Assembly: GCA_963837175.1 (NCBI GenBank)
Contig: CAWIMJ010000047.1
Span: 1-64,000, forward strand
Direction: 5' to 3'
Length of the DNA: 64,000 bases
DNA from: an uncultured Nitrososphaeraceae archaeon
GTDB taxonomy: Archaea > Thermoproteota > Nitrososphaeria > Nitrososphaerales > Nitrososphaeraceae
The notes under the pieces: model-generated
What the model saw: only the letters and a program-made list of their open reading frames with translations
Database searches by the model: none
Told to the model about the DNA's origin: nothing
Made by a program: the position numbers and the translations under genes
Part shown: in pieces, positions 20,160 through 31,123 of the stretch
Position numbering within the stretch: position 1 is the stretch's first letter
Layout: every line of letters starts with the position of its first letter

Positions 20160-21195
20160 CTACTCAGCTATAACGACTACTTTCATTGCATCATTGGCTT
20201 TATGCGCACATTTTATTGCCTGCGCGGCATCATCAATTTTAAAACGATGGGTTATTAAACTCCTAATGTCGATGCGTTTTTCTGCAATCAATTTTATTGC
20301 CTGATTGGTTTCAATTTCAGATGCAGCGTAGCTAGGAATCAGAATATGTTCGTTCGAATATAGATTATTCAAATCATAAGAAATAATAGCTCCCTTCGGA
20401 GGTACTCCAAAAAGCATTATTCTACCTCCCCTTCTTGTGAGTTCAAATGACTGCAGAACCGCAGTTGTATTTCCAGTGGCGACAATTGTGATATCTGTTC
20501 CTCTGCCGTTAGTGGCTTTTTGGATTTTCTTGATGACCGCTTTGTCAATCATTGAATTGAAAGTTGTAAGATCATGATGTTTCCTCGCGAAATCCAATCT
20601 AAATTGGTTAACGTCAATTACAAAGATTCTTCCAGCGCCAAATATTTTTGCAAGAAGTATGTGCATCATACCAGCTGGACCTGAGCCCAAAATTGCAACA
20701 TCATCTCCTTTATGGAAGTTGCACTTTGCCAATGCTCTTAGACAACACGCTAGAGGCTCTATCAAAGAGGCTTCATCATATGAAACATTAACTGGAATCT
20801 TTATGAGACCACCTCTAGAAATGTTCCATTCAGGGACTAGAATTTGTTCAGAAAGTCCGCAAGGATCAATATTGCTGCCTGTGATAGCTATTGCACATCG
20901 TGTAATCTCCATGAAGACAATAATGACAAGAATAACAGGGTACATGGTGATGAATAAATACACGATCACCTGGAGCAAAACCGTTTACCGTTTTTCCTAT
21001 CTGCATAATTTCACCAGCAGGTTCATGTCCTAGCCTTGCAGAACCCATACCGTACTGACCATAAACCTTCTCTAAATCGGAACCACATAGACCGCATGAG
21101 CGCATTTTAACGATTATATCACCGTGGTTTAGTTTTGGAGACGGAACTTCATCAACTAAAACTGAGTTTTTACCTTTAACAAAGACCGCCTTCAT
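20160..21195 (-). CDS. Zinc-dependent (MDR) dehydrogenase, sorbitol/threonine DH-like; 1-nt insertion near 20879
   Basis: CGLCGSD, GHEPAG, CYSCHYC..C in 20866-21195; EPLACC, GSGPAG in 20160-20978. Confidence 0.85.
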
Positions 21196-21438
21196 GGATG
21201 GTTATTGTTAATGCTTCTATAAATATGCTAAACAAATATCATATCTTATCATGTTTTGTTTTAGATTCGGAATATCTGATATGACACATACCGGAACAAT
21301 TAAACAATTAATTTTAGAATTTGACGTTGTTAAGCATTACCTGCTCCATCTTATCGAACTGATGGGAAGAGCTTTTCACCATTGCATAGTTTACTGTATT
21401 ACTGATCTCACCCTATTTGTAATTGATGTTGTTGTATC

Positions 21439-21582
21439 TTATCTCGAATATTTATTAGGCTTTCTTGTAAATATTCTTTTGCAACCATCACAGCAAAAGT
21501 AATAGGTTTTATTTTTGTGGCTATGTAAGATAGCAAGTTCTTGTTCCATTTCGATACCGCAAACAGGATCAACAGGCATCAT
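21439..21582 (-). CDS. YHS/TRASH domain metal-binding protein, 47 aa (absent from ORF track)
   Basis: MMPVDPVCGIEMEQELAILHSHKNKTYYFCCDGCKRIFTRKPNKYSR matches the DPVCG..YYFC..C..F...P..Y consensus. Confidence 0.88.
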   Translation of the reverse strand: MMPVDPVCGIEMEQELAILHSHKNKTYYFCCDGCKRIFTRKPNKYSR

Positions 21583-21938
21583 TTCAAATGTTCACGTGAT
21601 TCTATTTATATTTATTCCAAACCCTGTTTTTTTCACAAATCTGATATAAGTCAAATAAGTTCGGAAAGCTTCAACCAAATGATAGATATGACTTCTGAGC
21701 TATTCATAGTTGAACCTGAAACCACGTATTAACAGAGATTTTTTCCGAATTATGCAACGAAGCACCAAAGCCTCCGTTATTCATTCCTTTAAAAACTATA
21801 ATTTGGATCACCTTGTGGTCTGTTAAGGAGGTTCTTTAGTTTTACTTAGAAAATCCCTACATTTTCAAATGTTCTCTTATTCGTCAAAAGATTTTGATAT
21901 GACTTTACTTATTGTTTAGAGAAGTTATAGTATCAAAT

Positions 21939-22109
21939 ATGTCATATCCATCAGTTGAAATTGTCTGCGGCAAATGTGGTTGTGTGATCAATAAGATGAT
22001 TAATTTAAAATCAATTAGAGATGTGTTACGTCCATCGAGCGGCAGATGTAACACATGCGGAGTTCAATTAAATGCTACAGAATTTACAGTTAAAATGGAA
22101 AAGCATTAA
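21939..22109 (+). CDS. Small zinc-ribbon protein, 56 aa
   Basis: CGKCG and CNTCG knuckles; ATG at 21939. Confidence 0.7.
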   Translation: MSYPSVEIVCGKCGCVINKMINLKSIRDVLRPSSGRCNTCGVQLNATEFTVKMEKH

Positions 22110-22590
22110 AAATTATTCGTCACTCCTATAATGATATATTAACAAAGACAATCAACGCAAACTACAGCGTTGTGATGATAAATAAATAAAGATTTTTTGT
22201 GTAATAACTTTTATTATATTTATACTACCAACAACCATTTTTGCAAACTAATCATAAGACCTAACAGCATATGTTTATTATTGATAGAGGTTAAGAAAAC
22301 TGGCTTATTAGGTGATTGACAATAGATATTACAAACAAGGTTAATTTTTAGAGAAAGTTTTATCTATTATGGACTGATATAATAACGGCTGAAAAATTAT
22401 ACAAATTATATGTCAATTTGATGCTGCAAATACTATAAAGAATTCTTAATGCCTATACATTCAAGATCAATGCTCAATAAGAATAATCCATCCTTATGAT
22501 AAATATCTTGTATTCGATACGAGCTTCAAAATAAATTGCACAAAAATCACATGTTTGATTATAGTAATAATGGCATTAAATACTTCGACC

Positions 22591-23736
22591 TCACAAATTT
22601 GTTTTAAATAGCAATTGAATAGCTTGTTTATATTCTAAATTATTCATTGGAGCGACGTTCGCAATTTTAATATTTTGCTGTACATGTTGAGGATTCTTTT
22701 GGCCTATCAATGGAGAGATAACTGAAGGAGTAGACCGTATTACTTGAATTAGTTTCTCAACTTGACCAGTTAATCCTGCATAATCAGGTATCTTTGCATT
22801 AAGTAATCGACTTTGAAACAAAGGAATGCTTGTAAACACTCCAATGTTTAATCTTTCAGCGGCTTCCAAAATCGTCAAATTTTTTATAGAGCCAACATCT
22901 TGATTTTTCATAAGTATAGCTTCGCTATACATCAAGTTATATGGAAGTTGTATAAAGCGAAACCCATGCTGCTTCCCACCAACTTTTTCTGCTACCTTCA
23001 CTGTTTCCTCTAGTGATAGATATTCCCTGTTGTTTGGATGTACTCTAAAACAAGTCCAGGTTGCCATTCCGTAATGCTTGATTTTGTTACGAGATCGGTA
23101 TTCTTCATAAACTTCAAACACTTTTGATAGCATATGCATGAATTCTTCTCTACTAATATCTTCATACCAACTTTCAAATGCATTATGAATGTATACTAGG
23201 TCAATACAACTCAAATGCATATTGACCAAAGATTTATCGATGCATCTTGCAATGTAATTGGGATTAAGGACATTGTAACCAGAGCTTATATCATTAGGTT
23301 TGATAATTTCTGTTGATATAAACATTTTTTGCATGTATTCCGTTACATCTACTCTAGGATAATCGCCGTCGTTTGTAATATAGCCATTCTTGGTGCATAT
23401 AAAAACTTGATCCCTCGCGATAACACGATCTTTAATAAGACGTAACAATGCTCGACCTCTACTTTTCTCTGACTTCATAGCCCTATAATTTATTGCAGTG
23501 TCGATGACATTAATTGCTCCTGATTTAATGGATTCGTAAACTGCATTTTCAATATCATTATCATCTTCTAAGGATAGCTGACCAAGGTTAGTTCCCATTC
23601 CTATGCTAGATAAGTATAGATCATTAAAAATACGAAAATGACTTGAAGGTTTTCCTTTTTGAATTGCATATTCTACGTATTTTTTTGTTCCAGCAGGTGT
23701 CGCAAAGCCATTTAATGAATTAAATGTACCAGCCAT
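22591..23736 (-). CDS. Aldo/keto reductase
   Basis: SSIGMGT, IDTAINY, ICTKNGY, DLVYIHN, IQLPYN. Confidence 0.88.
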   Translation of the reverse strand: MAGTFNSLNGFATPAGTKKYVEYAIQKGKPSSHFRIFNDLYLSSIGMGTNLGQLSLEDDNDIENAVYESIKSGAINVIDTAINYRAMKSEKSRGRALLRLIKDRVIARDQVFICTKNGYITNDGDYPRVDVTEYMQKMFISTEIIKPNDISSGYNVLNPNYIARCIDKSLVNMHLSCIDLVYIHNAFESWYEDISREEFMHMLSKVFEVYEEYRSRNKIKHYGMATWTCFRVHPNNREYLSLEETVKVAEKVGGKQHGFRFIQLPYNLMYSEAILMKNQDVGSIKNLTILEAAERLNIGVFTSIPLFQSRLLNAKIPDYAGLTGQVEKLIQVIRSTPSVISPLIGQKNPQHVQQNIKIANVAPMNNLEYKQAIQLLFKTNL

Positions 23737-24310
23737 TGAATATTCTTACAATAAGTAGGCCATTAATATTTTAGGGATTGAACAAAATAAGTTGTTGAAA
23801 TGTAATTCTATTGATAGATATGGTAATGTTATTCTTAATACATACGGGTTAAAGGCAACTCACTTTGAATATTATTTGAGAGATATATTTATAGTGCTCT
23901 TTTGGCTAGTGCTAGATAAATTTTGAAATAGAATCAAATTCTGATAGTTTGATCTGGTTGTTTATATTTTGGCTTGAAAACTATCCTTCCAATCAAAACC
24001 TCAAAGATCCCTATACTATTCACAGTGAAAATATTGCGAATGTAACTTTATCTTGAAGCATAAATTGAACATGCAAATGAGAAGGAAAAATTTTGAGGAG
24101 TTAAGATATTTATTATACGACGTGAGCAAGAATTATTCAAATTCCAGTTAATTTTTGATAATTCTCTTATTCCGTGCATAATAGCAGAGATGTTCTATCG
24201 ATAAGTCAATTTTGTTTTAACTTTTGTTTTTATCCTTATGGTAATTTAAAAAGCGATAGAAGATTTATGTGCTATGAAGAAATAGTTAGAATGTAAATAG
24301 GGATTTCATT

Positions 24311-26053
24311 ATGAATGATGAACAAGAAGAGCAAAAAGAGCAGGCTGATTATAATTATGATATAGACGGCCAACATTTGTTTAGTTCCAACTATAATGAT
24401 TTAGAGATTGGCAAAACTATAGCCTCAGAAAAATTTCTTAATAATATGGATAGCTTCTGGTTTGCTCTCAATGAAAACACAATAATTAACTCTTTTGATT
24501 TTGTTTCGGTTGATAATTTTCAGAATATAAAAACTATTGGAATAATAAAGGAATTGCAGGCAGTCATGTTATCTGACTCTAATCTTGCTGAGCGAGTATT
24601 AGATATTGATTTAGCCAAAAAAAAACCAAAATATACCATTACAGCACAACCATGTAATAACTTTAGAAGAGGAATTACCGTTGCAAAAGTTGCAGTAATG
24701 ACAAATACTGCTATTGGTATAGGGAAGACAAAAGCCAAAGTTGGTTCAATAGGTATGCCAGTAGGTATAGGAAAACCAGTAAAATTTGCCACTGCAGAAG
24801 AGATAATTCAAGCTTTGGGAATTCCAGAAATGAGAAATCCTATTCCCGCCGGAATAATAGAAATGACTAATGGTTTACAGGTTCCAATATCACTAGATCT
24901 CTCTTATTTAGTTGGTCCTGATACTGCTCATGTAAATGCTTCTGGTATTTCTGGAAATATGAAAACTTCATATCTTCTGTTTCTTTTGCAATCAGCATAT
25001 CAGAAGCTTGGAAAAAACAATGATTTAGCTATAATTATTTTCAATACCAAAGAAGAAGACTTATTACATATTGATAAAGAAAATGCTACCACCAAAGAAA
25101 GCAATAAGAAATTACTCAATATTTTAAACTTAGATATTGAACCTTTTAATAACGTAACATATTTTCTTCCTAGAGGCAAAGATGGAAAGCCTAACTCTGT
25201 TCACATACCTCAGCTTTCGAAAACTTACTCCTATGAATTGGAAGATATTTATGATAGATTAGAGCTTTTATTTCAACAAACATCTGATCCACATTATAAC
25301 CTGTCATCTATTATTAATTACATTTATGAATCGTGGCCAATAAAAGATAAATCCGGAGAGGATATAAGGACGTGGACAGATCTATTTGAATTCAGAGACT
25401 ATCCTCAAGAAATAATCACTCATAAATCCACATTATTACACTTTCTGGGTACTGTTCAGAGATTTAGAAAATCGTCTATGTTTATAGATCATAGGATGAC
25501 AAGCATATATCTGGGAAAAGAAATGAGGCGAATAAAGCCAGGGGATATTTTTGTGATAGATATTGCAACGATATCCGCACTTGAGGAACAGGCATTTATT
25601 GTAGGAGATGTTATGAAGACTATAGATGAAATGTATTCTGAAAGATATTATTCAGATATTAATGATAATGAAGTTATAAAACCAAAATATATCTTTATTT
25701 TTATAGATGAAATTAATAGATTCCTACCAAAATCCATTCCAAATGAAAGAATGTCTGCCGTGGCCGAACAGATAATGAAAACTGTAATTGCAGGAAAATC
25801 GCGGGGTACAATTTTATTCTCTGCCCAACAATTCAAAAGTGGAGTTGATAATGCATTACATGAAAATACGGGAATGCATGTAACTGCTAAACTTGGAATT
25901 TCTGAATTGTCTACCACATCATATGTTATGATCGATGAAACTACAAGAATGAATATTGTTCGATTGAATAAAGGAGAAATAGTTATGATCCATTCTGCAT
26001 TTAGACATCCAATAAAAATTATATTTCCTATATCTTCATTTAAAAGGGCCTGA
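24311..26053 (+). CDS. HerA/FtsK-like P-loop ATPase with N-terminal HAS-barrel-like region
   Basis: HVNASGISGNMKTS (variant Walker A), IFIDEINRF (Walker B), GKSRG..LFSAQQ, LNKGE C-terminal motif. Confidence 0.72.
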   Translation: MNDEQEEQKEQADYNYDIDGQHLFSSNYNDLEIGKTIASEKFLNNMDSFWFALNENTIINSFDFVSVDNFQNIKTIGIIKELQAVMLSDSNLAERVLDIDLAKKKPKYTITAQPCNNFRRGITVAKVAVMTNTAIGIGKTKAKVGSIGMPVGIGKPVKFATAEEIIQALGIPEMRNPIPAGIIEMTNGLQVPISLDLSYLVGPDTAHVNASGISGNMKTSYLLFLLQSAYQKLGKNNDLAIIIFNTKEEDLLHIDKENATTKESNKKLLNILNLDIEPFNNVTYFLPRGKDGKPNSVHIPQLSKTYSYELEDIYDRLELLFQQTSDPHYNLSSIINYIYESWPIKDKSGEDIRTWTDLFEFRDYPQEIITHKSTLLHFLGTVQRFRKSSMFIDHRMTSIYLGKEMRRIKPGDIFVIDIATISALEEQAFIVGDVMKTIDEMYSERYYSDINDNEVIKPKYIFIFIDEINRFLPKSIPNERMSAVAEQIMKTVIAGKSRGTILFSAQQFKSGVDNALHENTGMHVTAKLGISELSTTSYVMIDETTRMNIVRLNKGEIVMIHSAFRHPIKIIFPISSFKRA

Positions 26054-26425
26054 TTGCAAATTCATATGACTATACCTAATGTTATGGTCTCCTTTTCCCT
26101 TCATCTCCTTTACGCATAGGAAATATAATTTAGTGGTATAAAGATTTTGTTAAAGATTAGTTTCAAGAAAGGTCTTTTGAAATATTAGTATGAAGGATAT
26201 CAGTCACACAAGATAATTATAGTCAGATGAAGATAGATAGATAGATAAATAGATAATATGATCTTTTTTGTTTTTTTAGTTTAACTATAAGGATTAGAAA
26301 AATATTTTTATAAATTCATGACTTTTTGAAAAGTAAAATTGATTCGTTTATCGGATAAAATAACCTCTAATATACACAATACTTGGTGATATTATTTTTA
26401 TATTCAATCAAAAAAACCAAATAAC

Positions 26426-27307
26426 TTATAATAGTAGACCAACTGCCAAAAGGATGGCAGTGATTCTAGAATACAATAAGGTAGTGGTCATGACAGGGAC
26501 CAGCTTTTCTAAGTTCTCATTGTTTTCATCTAAATATCTGATTGCTTTCACGGCAAGAGGAATAGATACAAAAGAAATTAATGAATACAATCTTGTATAC
26601 CCAAATAATACACCAGCTGCAATCATTAGATAAGTTAGAATTACAAATAACGATAACACCTTCGCTCCGCGCTTTTTTCCCAAAATTATGACTAGAGTGC
26701 GTCTCCCGTTAACCAGATCTGCATAATAATCGGGAAAGGAATTAACGAATAAAACAGATGCAGATAATGTACCGATGATGATTCCTATATATAAAGCCGC
26801 CACATCTATAAACCCCGTTTGAACATAAAAGGTTCCAATCACGATCATAGAGCTTTTGATTGCTACGAACAGTTCACCTAATCCTAGATTAACTATCTTT
26901 GTTGAATAGAAATAGATAGCAAAAATCGCAAATAACAAAATGATTGCAATCGTTATGCCCCTTATCAAAACAAAATAGATACCGATTAAAGATCCTAAAA
27001 GAAGGAAGAATATTCCAGCACAATAGACGGTCTTTGGCTTGAGAAGGTTTTCAGGTAATACTCCGGTTCCACCACTGAATTTAGTCCTCTTTGTAACTTT
27101 ATCGATGCCTCTTTTATAATCCCAATAGTCATTCAACAAATCAACACTTGCATGAAGGCAAATTACACCTCCGCATGTTAGAAGGGCATAATTAATATCG
27201 AAAGATCCGTTCTTCCAAAATGATATCGCTAAACCGTTTATAACTGCAATAATAGAGGCGAATAGGAATCTGATTCTAATTGCCCTCAACCATAAAGTTA
27301 TCATCAA
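26426..27307 (-). CDS. UbiA-family prenyltransferase (MenA/UBIAD1-like)
   Basis: NDYWDYKRGID, GLGELFV, NSFPDYYADLVNGRRTL; multiple TM helices. Confidence 0.85.
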   Translation of the reverse strand: MMITLWLRAIRIRFLFASIIAVINGLAISFWKNGSFDINYALLTCGGVICLHASVDLLNDYWDYKRGIDKVTKRTKFSGGTGVLPENLLKPKTVYCAGIFFLLLGSLIGIYFVLIRGITIAIILLFAIFAIYFYSTKIVNLGLGELFVAIKSSMIVIGTFYVQTGFIDVAALYIGIIIGTLSASVLFVNSFPDYYADLVNGRRTLVIILGKKRGAKVLSLFVILTYLMIAAGVLFGYTRLYSLISFVSIPLAVKAIRYLDENNENLEKLVPVMTTTLLYSRITAILLAVGLLL

Positions 27308-27540
27308 CTACTAGATCTATACCAAGCATTCTCTTTTCTAAATTTTTTGATAATGATAAACTTATTTTGTCAGTGATATTCATATAGAGGAGTAATCCAT
27401 TTTGCTTTATTCTTAACAATATACGACAGATCTGTCGATTGAAATTCCTGTAGTCATTTCGATAGTATTAGAAAGTATAAACCCAGAAAGAAGATAAAAA
27501 CATATAAAGAATACATTGTTCTATTCAAAGTGATAATATC

Positions 27541-27855
27541 ATTTCACCTCCAATTGATTCTGCTGAATTTGAGGCGCATAAGGATCTTAGTTCCATAGTC
27601 ACAGATTTTCTATGTAGAAATAGAGATAAAGGGTTTTCAGCAAAAGAAATCTCCTTGGCGGTAGGAATAAGTGAAGATGAGGTTAATCATGTTATGTTAA
27701 AGGTTGGTTTGGTAGAACTCCTAGGTGATCTTACGCATGGGATTATATCAAAGAAAAAAAATACAAGACCAGCGGAGTTAGAGTTTAAAATTCAAGATGT
27801 TACAATAAATCATATAACTTATTATCGTTGTGTTGAGCAAATTAAAAAAACATAA
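27541..27855 (+). CDS. Hypothetical, possible winged-helix protein; start codon unresolved
   Basis: Frame of ORF 27655-27855 stays open upstream (ISPPIDSAEFEAHKDLSSIVTDFLCRNRDKGFSAKEISLAVGISEDEV), HTH-like; no in-frame ATG/GTG/TTG before 27655. Confidence 0.5.
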   Translation: MSPPIDSAEFEAHKDLSSIVTDFLCRNRDKGFSAKEISLAVGISEDEVNHVMLKVGLVELLGDLTHGIISKKKNTRPAELEFKIQDVTINHITYYRCVEQIKKT

Positions 27856-28144
27856 TTCTCGGTCGGTATTAAAGATAGACAATCTTGTCTAGTTTGGTTC
27901 AATTACAATAACTCATAGGAGCTTTTTACAGATTATGCAAAAATCATATACTCTTATAAACAAACAGTATTGCTTCAATTACAAATTAATTCCAACCGAG
28001 GCTTCACTTTCACATTGAATTTAAAAATTCTGCCGCTAATGATATCGCTATATTAAAATATATCTGTGAAAATGAATACTTATTGGGAAGACAGAAAAGA
28101 TAGATCATAACATTGAACCAAAAGAGGATGGAATTCATGAGAAT

Positions 28145-28982
28145 TTGTTTTATACTCACCCTGTTAATTCGGAAAAAGTTTTACCTTCCTTACATACGTC
28201 ATTTATTGGTAAAACAATATATATCTACAGAAGTGTAGAATCTACCCAAACAATCGCTCTTCGTTTAGCAGAACAATGGGTGGATAATCTTCATGGAACA
28301 GTTATTGTTGCTGAAGATCAGAGAAAGGGAAGGGGAAGAATGGGAAGAATATGGATATCTCAGCATGGAGGTATATATCTATCGATAATTTTGCAACCGA
28401 AATTAAAAGCCGCTCAAATCACTATTCTTCCGTTACTATCTGCGCTTTCTGTATGCGACGTAATTAAGAAAATGACGAACTTAAATGCTAAAGTAAAATG
28501 GCCTAATGATGCTAGTGATTGATGGGAGAAAAGTTTCAGGTATCCTTTTAGATATAAGTACAGAGGCTGATAAGATCAACTTTGTTGTGATAGGAATAGG
28601 GGTTAATGCTAATATCGATATAACAAAAATCCATTCAGACATTAAAGAATCAACAGGATTTTATGGGATTACATCTCTGCAAAATGAACTTGAAGGAAAA
28701 GAAATTGATAAGTTTGACTTTATACAACAGCTTTTGGAAAATATAGAAAGCTATATTATGCAGTTAGAAACTGAAGGAGCAAAAGAAATTATCAAAAAGT
28801 GCAAGGAGATTTCTGATACACTAGGAAAAGTAGTTATCGCAAAGCAGTCAACAGAAATTCTTCAAGGAATAGCTGTAGACATGGATGAAAATGATGGGTT
28901 TCTTATAATTGAGACACCATCAGGCAGTATTCATAAAGTCACTTCTGGCGATGTCACGGCCAAGAATATAAAGAAAAAATGA
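28145..28982 (+). CDS. birA: Biotin--protein ligase; 1-nt insertion near 28511
   Basis: ESTQ, AEDQRKGRGRMGRIW, KWPND then shifted frame LVIDGRKVSGIL, GIGVN, SGDV. Confidence 0.9.
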
Positions 28983-29252
28983 GATCTTTGTTGCACATAA
29001 TATATTTCTGGTTGCATTAATCAAAGGTCAAAAAACCCAAAACACAATTGCCTAAAAATTGTCTTCTCGTGTAGACAATGTCATTGTTCTTAAGCCATTA
29101 AACATTAATTAAAAAGAAATAAAGGCTTGTTTTTTTATTCCTGTCTATTAATTATTATGCAGATTATTACTCGACTCAGACGAGCAACTTCTGCATTATA
29201 CTATATAATAACTGGTGATCAAATAATAGCCATTGTAAATTAATAAATTTTT

Positions 29253-30698
29253 TTATATCTCTGACTCTGCTGTTTTGTTAAGTGCAGACATTATAGCATT
29301 TAGCTTATATTCTGTCTCGTCCCACTCCTTTTCCGGGATCGAATCGATAACAATACCAGCTCCTGACTGAACATAGGCTCTTTTGTTATTTATGAAAAGA
29401 GATCTTATCGTGATTGCAAAATCGCAGGAGCCGTTAAATGAAAAGTAACCTAAAGCCCCTGCATATGGTCCACGAACAGATGGTTCTAATTCGTCAATAA
29501 TTTCCATCGCACGTACTTTTGGAGCGCCTGATACTGTTCCAGCCGGGAATATCGCCCTGAATGCATCAAATGAATCATTACCTTTTTGCAGGCTACCAAT
29601 TACATGGGATACTATATGCTGCACATGGCTAAATCTTTTCACGGCCATGAGATCACGAACTGTGACCGTACCATATCTAGATACCCTTCCTATGTCATTC
29701 CGAGCCAAATCTACTAACATTGTATGTTCTGCGATTTCTTTCTCATCATTAAGTAAATTTATACTTGATTCTTTATTCTTATTCTCGTCATTTACTATTG
29801 GCCGCGTTCCTGCAATTGGAAACGTTTCTACTAAATCTCTTGTGATCCGTAAAAGCATCTCTGGACTCGAACCTATGATACATTTGTCAGACATCTTTAA
29901 CATATACATATAAGGAGAGGGGTTAATCTCACGCAGACTCCGATAAACTGCTATTAAGTCACCTTTGATACTGAATTCCATCCTCCTTGATAAAACTACT
30001 TGGAAGATGTCCCCATCATAAAGATGGGCTTTGCACTCATTGACCAAACTCTTGTATTTATTTTTAGTGATATTGTGCTTTGGAATAGAATATGAAAAAG
30101 AAGGCTTACGACTTTTTTTAGAGTAACTACCTAATTTGCTTTGAATCTCATCCAGTCGGCAACCTTTTGTTACATGGAAATAATATGCTTGATTTTCCGC
30201 ATGATTAAAAATTATACCATCAGTGTATATTCCAAATTCAAGCAAAGGGAATTTAATATTATTTTCCTTTCTACTATTTGGTATATGTTCCCAGAAACGT
30301 ATTGCATCATAACTAATGTAACCAACTGCTCCACCTATATATCTAAATTGGTAATTACTAATCTTTGGCATAATTTGGCGAAGTTGAGACAGTGGTTCTT
30401 TAGTATCTACTTTTTTTATTATTTTATTTCTTCTATTATAGACTTTAAATGACTTTGAATTGCAGTTTATGGTCAATTCTGGATCGAATCCAATAATTGA
30501 TATCTGTGATAGCTCTGTTGGACCAACGAGAGATTCTAATATGAATGCTTTATCAAATAAATCATAGAACTTTTGGAATATTTCGAATTGATTGTCAGCC
30601 GTATTTAATTTGTGTAATTGGAACTGAAGTTTATCATTGTCGAAGGCTGATAAGCCAAAAGTATCCGCCTTCAAGTTTAGCTCCCATTGTGTTATCAT
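29253..30698 (-). CDS. trpE: Anthranilate synthase component I (chorismate-binding; PabB not excluded)
   Basis: ILES, GDIFQVVLS, NPSPY, GSSPE, PIAGTR, EHTMLVDLARND, FPAGTVSGAPKVRAM. Confidence 0.82.
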   Translation of the reverse strand: MITQWELNLKADTFGLSAFDNDKLQFQLHKLNTADNQFEIFQKFYDLFDKAFILESLVGPTELSQISIIGFDPELTINCNSKSFKVYNRRNKIIKKVDTKEPLSQLRQIMPKISNYQFRYIGGAVGYISYDAIRFWEHIPNSRKENNIKFPLLEFGIYTDGIIFNHAENQAYYFHVTKGCRLDEIQSKLGSYSKKSRKPSFSYSIPKHNITKNKYKSLVNECKAHLYDGDIFQVVLSRRMEFSIKGDLIAVYRSLREINPSPYMYMLKMSDKCIIGSSPEMLLRITRDLVETFPIAGTRPIVNDENKNKESSINLLNDEKEIAEHTMLVDLARNDIGRVSRYGTVTVRDLMAVKRFSHVQHIVSHVIGSLQKGNDSFDAFRAIFPAGTVSGAPKVRAMEIIDELEPSVRGPYAGALGYFSFNGSCDFAITIRSLFINNKRAYVQSGAGIVIDSIPEKEWDETEYKLNAIMSALNKTAESEI

Positions 30699-31123
30699 AT
30701 TGTCTAAATTATGACATCATTTAAATGTTGACGTTATACTCATTTTGTTGCCACGTTTTTATAATAAGATAATAAGCGCTATCTGGACAAAATGACATTC
30801 TGAAATTTTTTGGCTATCTAACTATATATTTAAAAGTCATGATATTAAAACGACAATGAAATTCCATTGAGCCAGATGCACAGAACAATCAAATTTCTTA
30901 TATTAGTGATTTCAAAAGATTGTCTATACGGTTTTACTTTATTTACACCGTACAATGTTCTAACTTATTATACTGGTGTAGACAGGTATATTTAACGACA
31001 AAGGATGAAGCCTTCGCTCTCATCTGAGTTTAATGATGCTAGCATAAATATTGCAATAGGTTGGTAGCGAATTGGTACTACTAGTCCAAATGTATTTATC
31101 TGCGATTTGAGCAATTTTATTTA

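Noticed and set aside
26231-26255. (GATA)n microsatellite-like run
   Set aside because: Short, imperfect, intergenic between convergent genes; no evident function
30672-30720. Trp codon in the TrpE N-terminal extension (MITQWELN) as an attenuator
   Set aside because: A single Trp, in frame with the gene, with no separate uORF or hairpin; more likely start-site ambiguity
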